Part shown: positions 16,181-33,592 of the stretch, one piece after another
Position numbering within the stretch: the first letter of the stretch is position 1
How the letters are laid out: every line of letters begins with the position of its first letter
Assembly (NCBI RefSeq): GCF_009914755.1
Contig: NC_060927.1
DNA: 64,000 nucleotides
Source: the human T2T-CHM13v2.0 reference genome, Homo sapiens
Strand: one strand, 5' to 3'
Made by a program: the position numbers and the translations under genes
The notes under the pieces: generated by a model
The model's input: only the letters and a program-made list of their open reading frames with translations
What the model was told of the DNA's origin: nothing
Databases searched by the model: none

Positions 16181-16826
16181 TAGTAAAGACTTTACCCTTG
16201 GAGAGTAGGCTTTTGTTATAGAGAAGAATCTGGGAGGGTTACACTATTGTTACTCTTTCCATCTCCCTTCCAGGGCCACAAGGGGGGTTTTCTTAGCTCC
16301 TTACCCTGAGAACCTGGTGGGATTCCGAGGGAGAAAGACCTCAAAATTGTGGGAAGAAGTATTTAATACCCCTATGATTGTGGATAATGTGTTCTCACTG
16401 TCACATTAGTCCACACTCAACTTATAGTTTCTTCACATTTACCAGTGAAGTAAATGTTGCCACTCTTATTCCTCCAGTGGCTTCTGCTGTATCTCTCTGG
16501 ATGCACCTGTCTCCAGATCTCAGGGTGTGGTTTACTCTGAAAGTTCAGTTCTCTCATAGATCCAAAAAAGTCATTCATTTTTAGTTTGTCCAGCTTTCTC
16601 GTAGGGATGGGAATGGTGACTTCCAAGCTTTTTACACACATCAAAAACAAAATTACCACAGATTTAGTTATAGATCTAATTGCCTCTTATTTTCAACTCA
16701 TGAATTTGGGCATCCTCCAATTCTACAAAAATAGAACAATAGCTCACCCTGGGCAATAATAGAACAGTGGGTTTTGTAAAGTGGGGACAAGGAAACAGAA
16801 CAACAGAAAATAAAAAACCTGACTGA

Positions 16827-17105
16827 GCCCATACCTGTAATCCCAGCACTTGGGAGGCCAAGGTGGGAGGATCACTTGAGGCCAGGAGTTCAAGACCAGC
16901 CTGGGCAACATAGTGAGACCTCATCTCTACAAAAATAAAAATAAATAAGCCAGGCATAGTGGCATGTACCTGTGGTCCTAGCTACTCAGGAGGCTGAGGT
17001 GGGAGGGTGACTTGAGCCCAGGAATTCGAGGCTGTAGTGAGTTATGGTCATGCCGCTACACTCCAGCCTAGGTGACAGAGCCAGACTCTGTCTATAAAAA
17101 TAAAA
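16827..17105 (+). mobile_element. AluJ
   Basis: Alu dimer with J diagnostics (cttgagcccaggaattcgaggctgtagtgag). Confidence 0.93.
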
Positions 17106-17127
17106 ATATTAAAAGCTGATTGGTTAA

Positions 17128-17371
17128 TGTCAGATTACTTTTTACGTAAGAGTTAAAGCAGATGAGACTTCCTTAAGCTGACTCAGGTAGACTGGAGTCT
17201 CCTGTTTTCATGAAAAACTGGTCTGTTTTGTGATATGTCTGCTGCTGTAAAATTTCAATTTGTTTATGTGGCATTTAGCATGAGTGACTCCATTTTGATT
17301 TGGTCTGGTTTGTTGGAGCCTAATATGGGATCTCAGTCCCAAACAATGGCCTCCATAATTTTTGTTTAACA
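17128..17371 (-). mobile_element. ERV1 LTR fragment (MER31-like)
   Basis: Reverse complement begins tgttaaacaaaaattatggaggccattgtttgggactgagatc...accaaatcaaaatggagtcactcatgctaaatgccacat. Confidence 0.7.
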
Positions 17372-17414
17372 TGTCAGAATGGACACCAGAAATCTACAAA
17401 CTAAAATAAAATCC

Positions 17415-17715
17415 CAGGCTGGGAATGGCGGCTCACACCTACAATCCCAGTACTTTGGGAGGCTGAGATCAGAGGATCGCTTGGGGCCAGGAGTTAAAAA
17501 TCAGCCTGGGCCACATAGTGAGACCCCATCTCTACAAAAAAAGAAAAAAAATTGGCCTGGCTTGGTGGCATACACCTATAGTTCTAGCTACTCAGGAGGC
17601 TGAGGTGGGAGGATCCCTTGAGGTGGAAGGAGTTCAAGGCTGAAGTGAGCTATGATCATACCACTGCACTCTAGCCTAGGTGACAGAGTGAGACCCCCAT
17701 CTCTAAAAAATAAAA
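17415..17715 (+). mobile_element. AluJ
   Basis: Diverged Alu dimer with an A-rich tail; approximate TSD aaaat(a/g)aaatc. Confidence 0.93.
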
Positions 17716-17719
17716 TGAA

Positions 17720-18385
17720 ATCTTATTTTTTGCCTTTCAGATTGGCAAATATTAAGAATGATAATAATATTCAGTATTAGAGAGGGAGGGAAGAAATGGG
17801 CATTCTCATATTGTGCTAATATTGCCTTTCTTGAAGGCAATTTCACACTATCTGAGTTTAAAACGCACAACCCCTTTGACGCAGCACTTCCACTTGTCAG
17901 CTTGTAGGAATCCATTCTATAGACAAGCTCACATAAGTGTGAAAATATAGGTACAGGGTATTTACTAAATAATTGTCTATAATAGCAATACACTGGAAAC
18001 GATCTAAAGTTCCATCAGTAGAAGAATGGTTAAAAAACAACTATGATTTATTTATTCTATGGCTATTGTACAGCACACTAATGAAGTAGATAGATTGATA
18101 AACAAAATGGTAACATGTTCATGATATATTGCTGTGTTAAAAATCAAGTTATAGAATAGCATGTAAATGTGATATTATCATGGTAAAAACAAAACAAGTA
18201 CAATGTGTACATGTGGGATGAGGGTATCAGAAATAAGTATTTGTATCTCCTTAGAAAAATGTGTAGAAGTATAGACATTAAATTCTAGTGATTAATAGCT
18301 TCTCCTCTAGCAAAGAGGAGAAAACTTCCATTTTAAAGGAGATTAATACATTTTAAAACAAGTGTGTATTATTTTTGTAATTGAA
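17720..18385 (+). mobile_element. L1ME-type 3' fragment
   Basis: cagattggcaaatatt...cccctttgacgcagcacttccacttg...ataatagcaatacactggaaac...ccatcagtagaagaatggttaa. Confidence 0.7.
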
Positions 18386-19129
18386 AACATGCACACACAA
18401 ATCAAACAGGTTCTATTCTTTGATTAAAGAGAAAGCCGTCTGGGAAAAGATGGCAATAGCCTTTGGTTCATGTTTCTAAGCAATTCTAGGAATCTAAAAC
18501 AAGTTTTTTCTATCTGAGTAAAAGACCTCTTAGGAATTTAGCAGGGGAAGAAAGTCATTTCTCTGCCAGTGGAATGGGTTGGTGAATCTTGGCATGTGTA
18601 ACAGTGAGGGCAGGGACTGTGTCTATTTTACATATCTTTGTCACTCTACTGTCTATACCATGTTGGACACCTAGCAGGGTCTCAGTATATACTGGTTGAA
18701 TTAATTGTGTAAAAAAGTTACAATGTTTCTGTGACAAATTACTATACTATGTGCAATAGGGAAATCTGGCAAGCAGTTAATAGGAAGTTTCTGTGTTCTT
18801 AATGAGTATTCTAGAATTTAAGTACTGAAGTTACTAGCACCATAGCAATGTTGAAGAAATGAACCAGACCTAGAAAGAATGCTGCTCACTGACTGAGAAT
18901 CTTTCTTAAACTGAAATAGCAATCAAATTGCCTGGGCAATTTTCTCTCTGCCAGCTCATAAAAAGGACCACAGACTCAGGAAACGACCTAAAAGTGTAAC
19001 GTTTTAGCTTTAATTTTTGCATTCAAAAAATAATGTAGCCAGTGGGGCCACAGTTAGGATTTCTTGGGGTTATCATAGGTTGTAGTGTTTGCCCACAAAC
19101 TATTGAGATTAAAAGACAGAGAAGAGACC

Positions 19130-19385
19130 AGAATTTATTAAGCACCTCCTACCTACTCATTGAGGAACTAGGCACATCGTACCTAATCTGGTGACACTAG
19201 TCAATCAGTATATGGTACCTCACTAAATCTCACAACAAGATAGTGAAGTGTTGTCATCATCTTACAGATGAGGAAACTGGAAATTGGAGGACTTGGATAA
19301 CTTGTCTCAGGACACACAGCCAGAAAGTGGCAGAGCTGGGATTTGAACCCAGATGGGCCTGGCTCCAAACGCCATGCTTGCCTCT
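19130..19385 (-). mobile_element. MIR
   Basis: cttacagatgaggaaactgg...ggcagagctgggatttgaacccag. Confidence 0.85.
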
Positions 19386-19959
19386 CAGGCAAGCCAACCT
19401 GGACTGGTTGGCTTTGACATGCCTCACTTATCATATTAACATGAGAAATGTCCCTGTAGAAGACTCCTAAGGGCTTGGTTACAAAGAACTAATTAGACTG
19501 TTAGTTCTTTGTAATCCCATCTGTAAAACTAATCCAGAGATTTTACACCCATATGTAAGATCCCCACCCCATCTTTAACTTCTACAAGCCATGGGGAAAT
19601 GACTCAGTGTTACTGAACAGGACTCTCAAAATGTTGAGTAAACACAGGTGTGCTGTATAATTCTCTGAACCCCTTCCAGGATGCAGACACCCCCATACTA
19701 AGACAAATCACAGTCTCAGTGAAGAACTGCTTACGAGGTCATCAGTGATACGGAGACGATCACTTGTTATAAACACCCTCATGGAATAAAGTTCTTCGTT
19801 TATTTTTCCATAATATTTGCTAACTCAGATGAAATGATTTTCATCTTTATTTTCACCACAGCAGAAAGTTAACATGCCAGAGTGCTGCAGCTTTCAGCAT
19901 GTTTAGGCAACGTTTGAGTCCTTCTCTCATGTATCTTATGCCTGGGGTTTGGCCTGGCC

Positions 19960-21260
19960 TCCATTTAGAGTACATTAAATGCTACATCTATTTCCTTGAC
20001 ACACTCTCCTGGGCCTCTACATGTTGGAATGCCTCACATTTTCTCCTTCTGCTGCCTGCTTTTCTCTCCTCCCATGGCGTTATATATCTTTTACACACCA
20101 ATCACATCCACTCTTATTTCTCCAGTCTTCATACCTCCAGTCAGATGTCCAACAGACATCTTTATATCTCCAGTCAGATATCCAACAGACATCTTTATAT
20201 CTCCAGTCAGATATCCAACAGATATTTTTGTAACGGAGCTGCAAAGAATAATTCTTGATTCCTACCTTCATCTCAAACCTGTTCCTCCCTTGCACCCTGA
20301 ATTTGGTTCTCTATCTCAGTAAACATCGCCACCAAACCTGAACATTTTCCTGGTTTCCTACCTTTCCCTCACCCCTATATCTAATTCTTCAGCAAGTTTG
20401 CAGGTTCTACCACCAAAACATCTCAAATCCATCTACTTTATCTCATGATATTGCCAACATTAAGCCACTGATCTCTTGCCTCAACTACTCTAAGCTGGTC
20501 TTCTTGCTTCTATCTGTTTCCCATAAGGCAGCCAGAATGATAAATTTAAAACATAGGTAATATTGATCTTTTGCTTGAAATCACTCAATGTTTCCCAGTT
20601 GTATTTTACCAATGTTCTACAGGACTTGCATTATCTAGCTCCTACCAATCTCTACTCCCCCACCTCGTATGTCTCTTCTAACTTGCAGCCCCGCAGTCAT
20701 GTTGTCCCCCTATTCTTTGAACATACCAAGGTTATTCTCCTTAGGGTTTCCCTTGCTGCTCCCCAGGTTTTCCCCCCAGACTTTCCATGGAGTCTTTCTC
20801 ATTATTTAAGTCTAAGCACAAATGTTACTTCCTCAGTGGTTCTATGACCATCCTAAAGTAGTTATCCTTTACTTTATCAGTCTCTATCACTACATCCTGT
20901 TTTAGTTTCTTCGTAGCACTTATAGTTATTTAAAATTATTTTGTTCAGTTGTTTATTTACATGTTTATTGTATGCTTTCCTCTGTAGAATGACACCTCCA
21001 TACGAACAGGGAGATTTTCTCTTTTATTCAGGACTGTATCTCCAGAGCTAATTTTTTAAAAACTGAAATAGCAGTAGACATTGCCTGGGCAATTTTCTCT
21101 CTCCCAGCCCACAGAATAGTAGATCACTGAATCGCAAAATAACCTAAAAGTATAAAATTTTAGTTTTCAGTTTTTTATTTTAAAAAATAGGGCCAGAATT
21201 AGGATTCTGAATCAGAAACAGACTAGCACATAGTAGGTGTTCAATAAAAGTTTGTTGACT
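19960..21260 (+). mobile_element. L2 LINE 3' portion
   Basis: C/T-rich L2 body ending in the canonical terminus gcacatagtaggtgttcaataaaagtttgttga; interrupted at ~21051-21214. Confidence 0.8.
20135..20229 (+). repeat. 33-bp tandem repeat, ~2.9 copies
   Basis: ctccagtcagat(g/a)tccaacagacatctttatat with units starting at 20135, 20168 and 20201. Confidence 0.95.
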
Positions 21261-24200
21261 GTGGAGTGCACAGTTGCTTGAACATGATTACAAAGAAGTG
21301 AAATGCTGCCCTTAACTAAACTGAGGCTATAATTATGATAAAAAGAACACTGTGATGATTTTAAGCAACACTCTAATTAAATGACAAATTCTGGCTTCTA
21401 TTAAAAATTTGCATTACATTGTGTCATGACTTGTTGGATCACTGATCATATCAGCTGGACATTGTGAAATATTCTCCACTTGAATCCATCCAAAGAAGAA
21501 TAGTATGGGGGAAATCTGCTTTCCTAATTGTGACTAGTTACCTTTACTGAGCATTCCTGTTTGATTTTCATCACTTCAGAGGTCTAACATAATTTCTAAA
21601 GTGCTGAGATGGCCAAATAAGGGCTGCCCTGATTTGTGACCTCCATCTCACCTTCAAAACAATCCCTCTCGTTAGTTAAACTGGACCCTGGCAGTCTTGG
21701 CTTCCAGCCAATGAGTCAGTAGTAAAGAGGGCTGATTGCCTTTGAACAGCACTATTCTTCAGCAGAGGTCCATGATGAGGACCCTGATCCCTTTTGTGGG
21801 TAGTAGCATCATTTTGCTCCTTCTCTTTCTCCTTTCAAACAGTAATATATTATTTATTCTCATCACTACTTACAAACGTTGTCTGAAAGCAAAGATGCAG
21901 AATGCCAACACTCAATAGAAGCTTGAGGTTTCCTTTTGCCTCCTAAGGAGAACTTCTAAATAGAGGCATTTTATAAACAGCTTGCATGTTCTTTTAGAGA
22001 GGAAATTGGAGGAACTGGCTGGCTGAATGAATATGAAACATAGGGCTGTATGAAAGCTTTTTCGTCTGATAAATTGTGGGTGAACCTGAAGGAGCAGAGG
22101 AGACAGTAATTCTTTTATTATCTGCAAACTGAGCCAGAGACATGTCAAATGGCCTAGAGTATCTTCTTCAAACTGAAGTGGATATTCTTTAACTCTAGGT
22201 TAGACAACAGCAACAATATAAAATTAAAAACAGTCTTGAGAAGTTGCAAGGAGGGGTCATTCACTTCCATTAAATTAAACTGGGCAAAATTGTCTTTTGC
22301 AGGGTGTAAGAGATTTATTTCAGAAGTTTATGTCAACAAAGAGTGCAAAATGAGTTCAAGTCAGATTCCACATAGATTTGGAAGAAGGAGAACATACAAA
22401 TCATAACGAATGAAGTAGGGAAAGGTTTCCTGAGAAGTCACAGCAGTTAAATTCTTTGGGTTATTTTTTCGTTTGATCTGGAGAAGGGAATGCAAGATGA
22501 CTTACACCTGCAAGGGAGTTAGGCTACGCTGTTTGTTCTTGAGACTCAGGAAAGTCAAAATCTCATTTGAGCTTAGTTGAGGTTTGAGTATTTTTTAGGA
22601 CTAAAACATGTAAAGTCATGGAAATTCAGAGTTAGGGAGGTCCTTGGGGATCTTCTACTCAATTTATAGATGAGGAAACAGGTCTAGAAAGGTCTATGTC
22701 CCAAAGCTAAAAGTGAAGTTCATTTTAGGCTTACACCACTCTCCTCTTAATCTCTCTCTCTTTTTTTTTTTTAAATCTACTTCTCTCCCTTCTTCAATTT
22801 GGAAATTCTAAGCCTATTTGAAACTATGTAGTAAGAAAACACCTTAGAAAAGGATAATGGGCTGGACTTCATGTCACAGTTGGAAACACATCTCCAATTG
22901 CCAAATGAAATACAATTAGGAAAACAAAGTGCAATAGAAGAACTTACTTCTACTTAAGACAAATTTTCATGAGTGCTTCTGTTTTATGTACCAAGGTATT
23001 CCTTTATTTTCCAGAGGTTACCAAATGAAGAGAGTAAAAAGAGCTTTCATATGATTTGACGATGGTAATTTAAGTTCTATTTTAATTTCTATTCCTCAAA
23101 TCTATACCCCTCCACTCCCAAAGTCAAATGCCACCTATTTGGATTCTACCTCTGTGTACTCAAAGAGAAGCTGGAGACAATGAAAGTTCAAGCATGTAGA
23201 CTGGCATCTGGAATACTTGGACATTGGCATCTTGATTTGCAAGTCATTAAGGAAATATTTTAAATTATTGTAAGTCAGATTATGTCACTGGCCTTCTAAA
23301 AACATGATGGCCTCAGAAGTATCCCCTAGACTTAGGCCTGCTATCACTGACATGAACTGAGAAACATAAAAATTTTTTTTTTTGTTTAAAAATAAACCTC
23401 ATGCTCTATCCTTCTTTTAAGAAAAAAAATTGTAACTCTCTTTACAACCAAACAAGCACTTGTACAAAAAGTGCTCTCTTGAATTAATTATAGTAGTGAA
23501 CATTGGAAACTATCTTAATATCCAATAATAAAGTGGTGATTAAGTAAGCCATGGCATATAACCTACATAAAATACATGCAAAGATCAAAAGGGATCATTA
23601 TGGAAACTGCAGCAATATGGAAATGCTTACTTAATAATTACACATTAAGTATCTACTATATTATAGAACTCTTCTGGGTGATGGAAATAAAGGAGTACTT
23701 CAAATAGCTTGCGATATGCTAGAGGAATTAGACATGAATAAGCATTTCAGGAAGAAACGATGGTGAGGACAAAGGTGTGGGGGTGTATTCTGGAAGCTCT
23801 AATCCATTCAGTATGACTGGGATGAAAGAGGTAGGAGAGAGATGGAAAGGCAGGCAGGAGCCAAATTAAAGGGGCCTTGGAATTTATTCCGTATATAAAG
23901 AGTTGCCATTTTAAGTTTAAACAGGATATAATGCATGACTAATCTATGTATACAGTTATGTTTTCCTTAATTAATTGAATACATTCATATTCATATATTC
24001 ATTAATTCATTTGTTCATTTAAGTCATATATTCATTAATTCATTTAATTTAAGGATCACTTACTGAGTTTGTACTCACTTTGATGAACACAGGTGATGTA
24101 AAAATAAATAAAATACGATTTCTATCTCTGAGCCCTAACAATCTAGTGTTAGGATACTGTCATCTAAGAAAATACTAATACAGTATGATAAGCACTTCAA

Positions 24201-24272
24201 AGGAGCCCTCTGCAAGGTGCACAGAAACAAATGCTTTGGCAGAGAGTGAACAAAATGGCTTAGATAGTCTTA

Positions 24273-25336
<1,064 letters not shown>

Positions 25337-26334
25337 AAGAGTTTAAAATCTTTTAAAGTGAGGAGGCTGGCTTAAGGAAGGGCATTTCAGGCAGAAGGGA
25401 ACCACATGTGCAAAGACATGATGCCATCCAAGTGCTTGGTGCTCTTGGGAATTACATGTACTGAAAGCAGTTGTAGCTGGAATACGAAATAAATTGGGGA
25501 ACTATCGAGAAGTACAATTGAAACTATAGAAAGGGACCTTGTGTTCTGAGGGGCAGGGAATTCCATGTTAAGAGGAAAGCAGGATAATATTTTTAAAAAT
25601 CTCATTGTATTTTTCCTTTTCAGTAATTTCAGGAGTTTTTTCAACCTTACAGCCATTAAAAACAGATAGATTCTGAGGCTTTTTATCATAGAAAAGCAAA
25701 GTACTATATTTGATACAGCATAGAACAAAGAGGTCATTGCTTAGATTTTTGAATTTCAAAACAGTTTTTTAAGTCTCTAGGGATACAAAATATCCCAAGG
25801 GCAAGCTCTTTTGGCTTGCAGAAGTCTGACTTTTTGAGACAGAAAGATTGATTCAAACTCCAAAGTTTTATCAAGAGGAGAAATGAAAACCAAAGTTTAT
25901 TCTCAGTATCCAGAGTAGGGATACACAGGATAGGATATAAGGTAAGTTTCTTTCTCACAGGACAAAAGAAAAGCCTTCAGCAGCTGAGGAGGAACTAACC
26001 ACAATGTAAAATTCTAGTGTTGTCACTGTGTTCATTTTTGCACTCCACCTCTGGGCTAAACCTGGTTGGGTTGAAGGAGTGTGTATAAGGATGTGAAAAC
26101 ATCCTAAGACATTTAGCAAGAAATCCCAGAACAAAAAGTGTATTCCTCAATCCCCCAGCTGCAGCCTGTTCGAAATACCTGCTCCTCAGAGAAGCCCTGT
26201 GTTGACATGGTGTCACAATGGTACCTTAAGATGGGTATAGGTAGTGGATCACAAGACAACATACGCATTTTAGAATCAGTCTGCTGATTTTAAATGAATA
26301 TCCTATTTGGATTTTTACTAGAATTGCATTGAAT

Positions 26335-28095
<1,761 letters not shown>

Positions 28096-31000
28096 GATAA
28101 AAGCCTCTCTCAGAGGGAGTGTGTGCTGCGATAAAGAAAAAGAACAGCTGACTATGGCTTGTAGAGTGTCTTGCTTTTTATTTTTTTGTAAACCACTATG
28201 CAAAAATGGGCATGCAAATGGACCTGGTAGAGAAAGGGGCAAAGAAAAATGAAAACAACTGATGTTAGGAATAAATGTTAATGTCATTTCTTTCCACTAT
28301 TGTTATTCTACTATTTGTTTAATAAATCAAATTAGTAGAGAAAATTAACTTTTCATTCATATATTGTCATATTGAAATGGGCTACAGTCAGCTTATAAAA
28401 ACAGAGTATTTATGATTTTGGAAGAAGAAATAAAACCTCATCTGAGTGTTCCTTTTCACCTTGTCTGACAATCTAATTTATGTTCAAAACACTAAACTTA
28501 CACATTTATTTAAAAATCTTAAATAATACTCCATCTCCACTGCTACCATAATTTAATTTATAAATACATATTTCATGTCTAATCTATTTTGAAGGAGAGA
28601 TTTGAAAAATTCTCAATATTTATATTATTTTTCTCTTGGCTTTCATTATTGTTTTAGTAATATTTTATTTGGATGTATGAATGAAAATAGACCAGGGCTA
28701 ATACTCTGCTTAACAAACAAAATGTATTGGAATAGTCAATAAATGATAATAAATATGTGCCCTACAGTTGGTTAGTGTCTAACCATCTAAAGTGGCCCTG
28801 CCAGTAGCCTACAGATTTACTGGCTATCTCAGAATATGACTTTCAACTGGGAGCCCCTCCTCTCTGCATAGTCCATTTTTATTTATATAGCCATCAAAAT
28901 TTATTGCTGAGACTAGATTAAAATGCCACTTTGTATACTCAATAATCATCATTTTGCTTTTTCCATTTTTAGCTTACTAGAAAAAAAAATGCTTAAATGT
29001 TTAAATGTCTCCATATATGGAACTATAGAGTTTGTTTGTTTGTTTTCCTATGTGAAGTGTAATGATTTTCAGTGCCTCTCTGGGTACTTTTGGAGATGGC
29101 AACAAATCTAAGCCAAGAATCCACGAAAGGCCAAATTCTTCCTTGGTCCATTTGTCTTTGGACAATTTTAAGAACACTCTATCAGTTTCTCAATTTTGTT
29201 GATTAGCAATCAGCTGATTTGGCATTCTTGGTCCACTGGGCTTATCCCATCCCCAAAAGGTAGGCATTGTCATTCCCAGAAAAGTAGTGCTACAGGCATC
29301 ATGGGCACCTGGGACCTCAGTGGCCCTCTGGCCTAATTTTTCTTTAGGAAGATGAAGAGCCTGAGATAGAAAAAGTTGATAGAAGTAGTCCAAGCACACA
29401 CAACTCTCAGCTAGTTGATGGCAGGGACAATATTGAATCTGAGATTCCAAGCTCTTACTTTTTTTGCTTTTCTCTGTTATATCTTACTACATATTTTACT
29501 GCTATTGAAAACACAGACATTATCTTGTATGAATACATTAAATTGCTCTGTCCCAACCTTATCCACATTCACTGGGACAATCAGTAGAGTTCTTTGAGCA
29601 TTTAATGTGATCTACTACATCTTTAGGCAGGGAAATTCATTACTAGCTCAGAAATACAAACTGGTGGTTTATTGGACATTGCTTATGAATCTGGGCTTCA
29701 CCACTAATTGTGTGAATTAATTAACTGGTCAACTAATTCTCCAATATGAAATAAGTGGGTTGGATAAGCGGCCTATGATGTATTTCCCAGCTCTTGTACT
29801 CCCCAGCTCTTGTACTCAGAGTTTTTATGAACTATCATTGCGACTCCCAATTATCTTGTTGGTAGGTGCATTTGGAACACATAATAATCCTTTTAGGTCT
29901 CGATTAAATGAGATCATGTTTTTTTAGTGGCTTAGCCAGTTTTGCTTCCTTATTTTTCCCATGTTGCTTTCAGTGCTTAGTACCCTAACCCTCTAATACT
30001 GTTTTTTTCCTCCAAATTACCACTAAATATATGGTGACCTGTCATTCTGTTCTGGCTAGTCTGGTCATTTTGTTTTGGGTCAGGGAGAGGTCTATTGCTA
30101 AAATCAGTAGAGAAGAAAATCTCCCAGGGGTACTCTACAGCATCCCAGGGACCAAGTCAACGGTTGTCAGACTTAGGACAATCAATATGCCTCTGGTTAA
30201 ACTAGGTGTTGGTGCCTGGTCCTAAGGCCCTATGAATCCTTATGGGGAAACTGATTTCAGAACTTAAATAGATGCTTAGGACAGATCCTCTTTCTTGGAG
30301 CTTTTGAGTAGAGTCACACAAGGTGGGCCACAGACAGAAGAGAGCATCAGAAACTCAGAGGCATGATGTGTAAAGGCTTAAAACAGAAGCAATGAGGTAG
30401 GAGAAGACATGAAGTGGAGAAAAGTTACAAAAGGAAGCAAAATAAGGAAGATAAGAGAATGGCTGAGTCACAGTAATTGTACAGTCACTAGATAGATAAA
30501 CAAACCTGAGGTGATGTCCAGATGACCAGAGCTCTTGTCATACTGTGAGAGCTTCAGAACTATTATTATACCATGTTCTAGTTCTCTGTGAGACCGGGCC
30601 ACCTACAAGAGTCTTCTTGTAGCTCCATAGTTTTCCATGTGTTTTTCTAACAATTTCTGTCTCCTCAAGTAACCTAAGTATGCTCTGTACCTTGCCAAGT
30701 AAAAGAGCCTAAGTAACACGGTATCTTTGTCAAGTCCACACCCTAAACTGTTGGAGTGCCTGCATATTGCATGGGAGTAAGCACGCATACAGTGAGCCAG
30801 CATGCAGTAAGCCTTCAGTAAAGTTTGCTGAATAAAGCTGAGGGGTGTGTGATTACTTTGGGAATGACTGAGTCCATGTTAGGCCGGCAAAGAGTATTTC
30901 TATATTTGGATCAAGGTGTACCCAAAGTTATCTGAAAACTTGCGGGCTGGAGCAAAAGTGAAGCCTTGTGAGTAAGTGAAGGAAGAAATAGTTTAAGTGC

Positions 31001-31999
31001 AACATTACCAAGAAGGGCCTCAACTCAAAATATTTTTGCCTCCAACTTGCCATACTGCCTAAAATATAGACACGATATTAACTCCTTCAATGGAAGGCAC
31101 TGGCTATCTAAGTGCTCACTTATAAAGTATTTATGTTCAGAGACAGGAGTAACACGTAAAACTTATCATATTTCATATCTTAGTGTGCATTCATTCAGCA
31201 AACGCATTTCTAGCAGATTTTTATCCTACGGACTGAGGAAATATGACTCTTGATGGTGTCAGGTCATGGAGTGTTGGAAGGTGGTACTTTTGGAGCATGG
31301 AGCACTGCTGAAAGAAATTAGGATGACCTAATTCTTGTGTGGAACAATATACATTCTGGTTACTCCTAGTGAAGGAAGAGGGAAGGAAACGGTAGGGATG
31401 TGAAATTCTTCCAGGCCTCATTCTAGATGACCCCAATTACCACATACAATACAAAAAGGGTAACAAGGATGATATGTGTTATATGACAAAGATTCTAGGT
31501 TTTGAAATAAGAAGATCTGAGCTTTATCCTCTACTGCTGTTTAATATATATGAAACTTAGGATTTCTGGGCTTCAGTTTCTTCATTTATAAAATGGGAGA
31601 TAACAATATATCATTCTTCAGAGGGAGGTGGTAGAAACCATCTGAGAGAAATGGTGGTCAAATGATTTCAGTAATTGCAAACTGCATGTGTTGCAGTTCA
31701 GCCTGGAAGGAGCAGGGATATAAGAGTGACCTTAGTTGAGAGTAGGCCCTCCCTGCTGCTAAGGCTTCCTACCTCTCCTAGACCCAGGAAGAAGTACATG
31801 GATTCACTTTTCTCCCACCTCACATGACTATGGTGGTTACTCATCAAATCAAAGTAAATCTAGAGGTTTTTGCTGAGGAAAAGTTATGCTTTCTTTCCTG
31901 ATAGAAAAGAGCACTGGCATTAAAGGCACTTGAGACATTTTTTTCCCCTCATCCTTTTCTCATCCTTTCTTTTCTAAATCTCTTCCAACAGATAGGTAT

Positions 32000-32537
32000 A
32001 GTAGTTACAAAGCTTTAGTTGCAAATTACAGAAAACCTGAATCAAGCTGGTTTTAAGTAATATTGGAAAGTTAATGGTTTATATTACTAAATGGTCCAGT
32101 GATACATTTTCAGGTAAAGCTTGATCCAGCAGCAAAATGATGGCATCTAGGGCCTGGTTTCTTCCAATTGTTTCTCTGTTCTGTTCTTCATAGTAATTAC
32201 TTTATTTTAATGCTGCTACTCATCATGATCCTAAGATAACTGCCAATTGATTCAGTGCTCTTGTCTATCAGGAAAGAAAGCATAATTTCTTCCCAGCAAA
32301 AACCTCTAGATTTACTTTGATTGGATGAACTTAGGTTACACATTCCCTTGGAACAAATCTCTAGCTAGAGGAGATAATATATTGGAGAGTTTAACCTAAG
32401 GCACATTAGCCATTCTGGGGCTGAAGGTGGATTCAGTTGTCCTAAAACCCCATGGATCGCAAAACAGTTTATGGGCTGATAAAGTGAATGGGGAGAAATG
32501 GATACTGAGGAGGTGCCACTAACAAAGACCACTATTA
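32000..32537 (-). mobile_element. Old MaLR LTR (MLT1-type)
   Basis: ttagttgcaaattacagaaaacc...ctttgattggatgaacttaggttacacattcccttggaacaaatc...ggggagaaatggatactg. Confidence 0.5.
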
Positions 32538-33280
32538 TAGGTTAGAAGAAGATGCCATCCTTATATGTAAAGCTGCAGTGTCCAAATGCTTACAGACTTT
32601 GTCATTTGAAAACTAGAGCACATATTGTTTAAACCAAATTTGGTGTGTCTACTGTAACAGAAATTGACTTTCATCAATACGCATGAAAAGCAATCATTAA
32701 CCTTTGGATTTTGTGATTTTATAAAGCATAGAAATCTATACTTCTGTGCTCTCAGGAGGGAAGCTTTTTTGTTTATACATTTTGGCCATTTTCAACATGC
32801 TCTAAATTGAAATGGAGAATGTACTTTTTTTTTTCTTCTAGTGTAACATTGAATAAGTAACAGCACAATGCAGGAAGTCAGTCTAGCCACAGCAAATCTG
32901 TACTTGTTTTTGTGAGAGGATGGGAAGAATGAATATTTGCCCTGTGGCATCAATTTCCTGTTTAATGTTCTCCAAGAGGCATTTGGAAAATGCCCAGCAA
33001 CACAGATGTACGTAAATGCCACACATAACTTGTTTTCGTGAGTGGAAAGAGGAGCCTATAAAATTATGACAAGTCTGGTTTACCCTCACCTCCTGAGAGT
33101 TGGTGAGTCACTCTACCTTTAACTTAATGATTTGGAGGATGGATTATTCCAGAGTTTGGCACTGGAAGAACAAGCAGTATAGGAATAGCATGGCTTTTGG
33201 CTTCTTAGCCCAAGTTCTTATTCATTTAAGGCTACTTTTATCCTAAAGTTTGCCATATTCCTGCTGGAAATTGCCAATAA

Positions 33281-33592
<312 letters not shown>

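Noticed and set aside
20135-20229. CRISPR-like array (33-bp period)
   Set aside because: Head-to-tail tandem units with no unique spacers, in eukaryotic L2 sequence.
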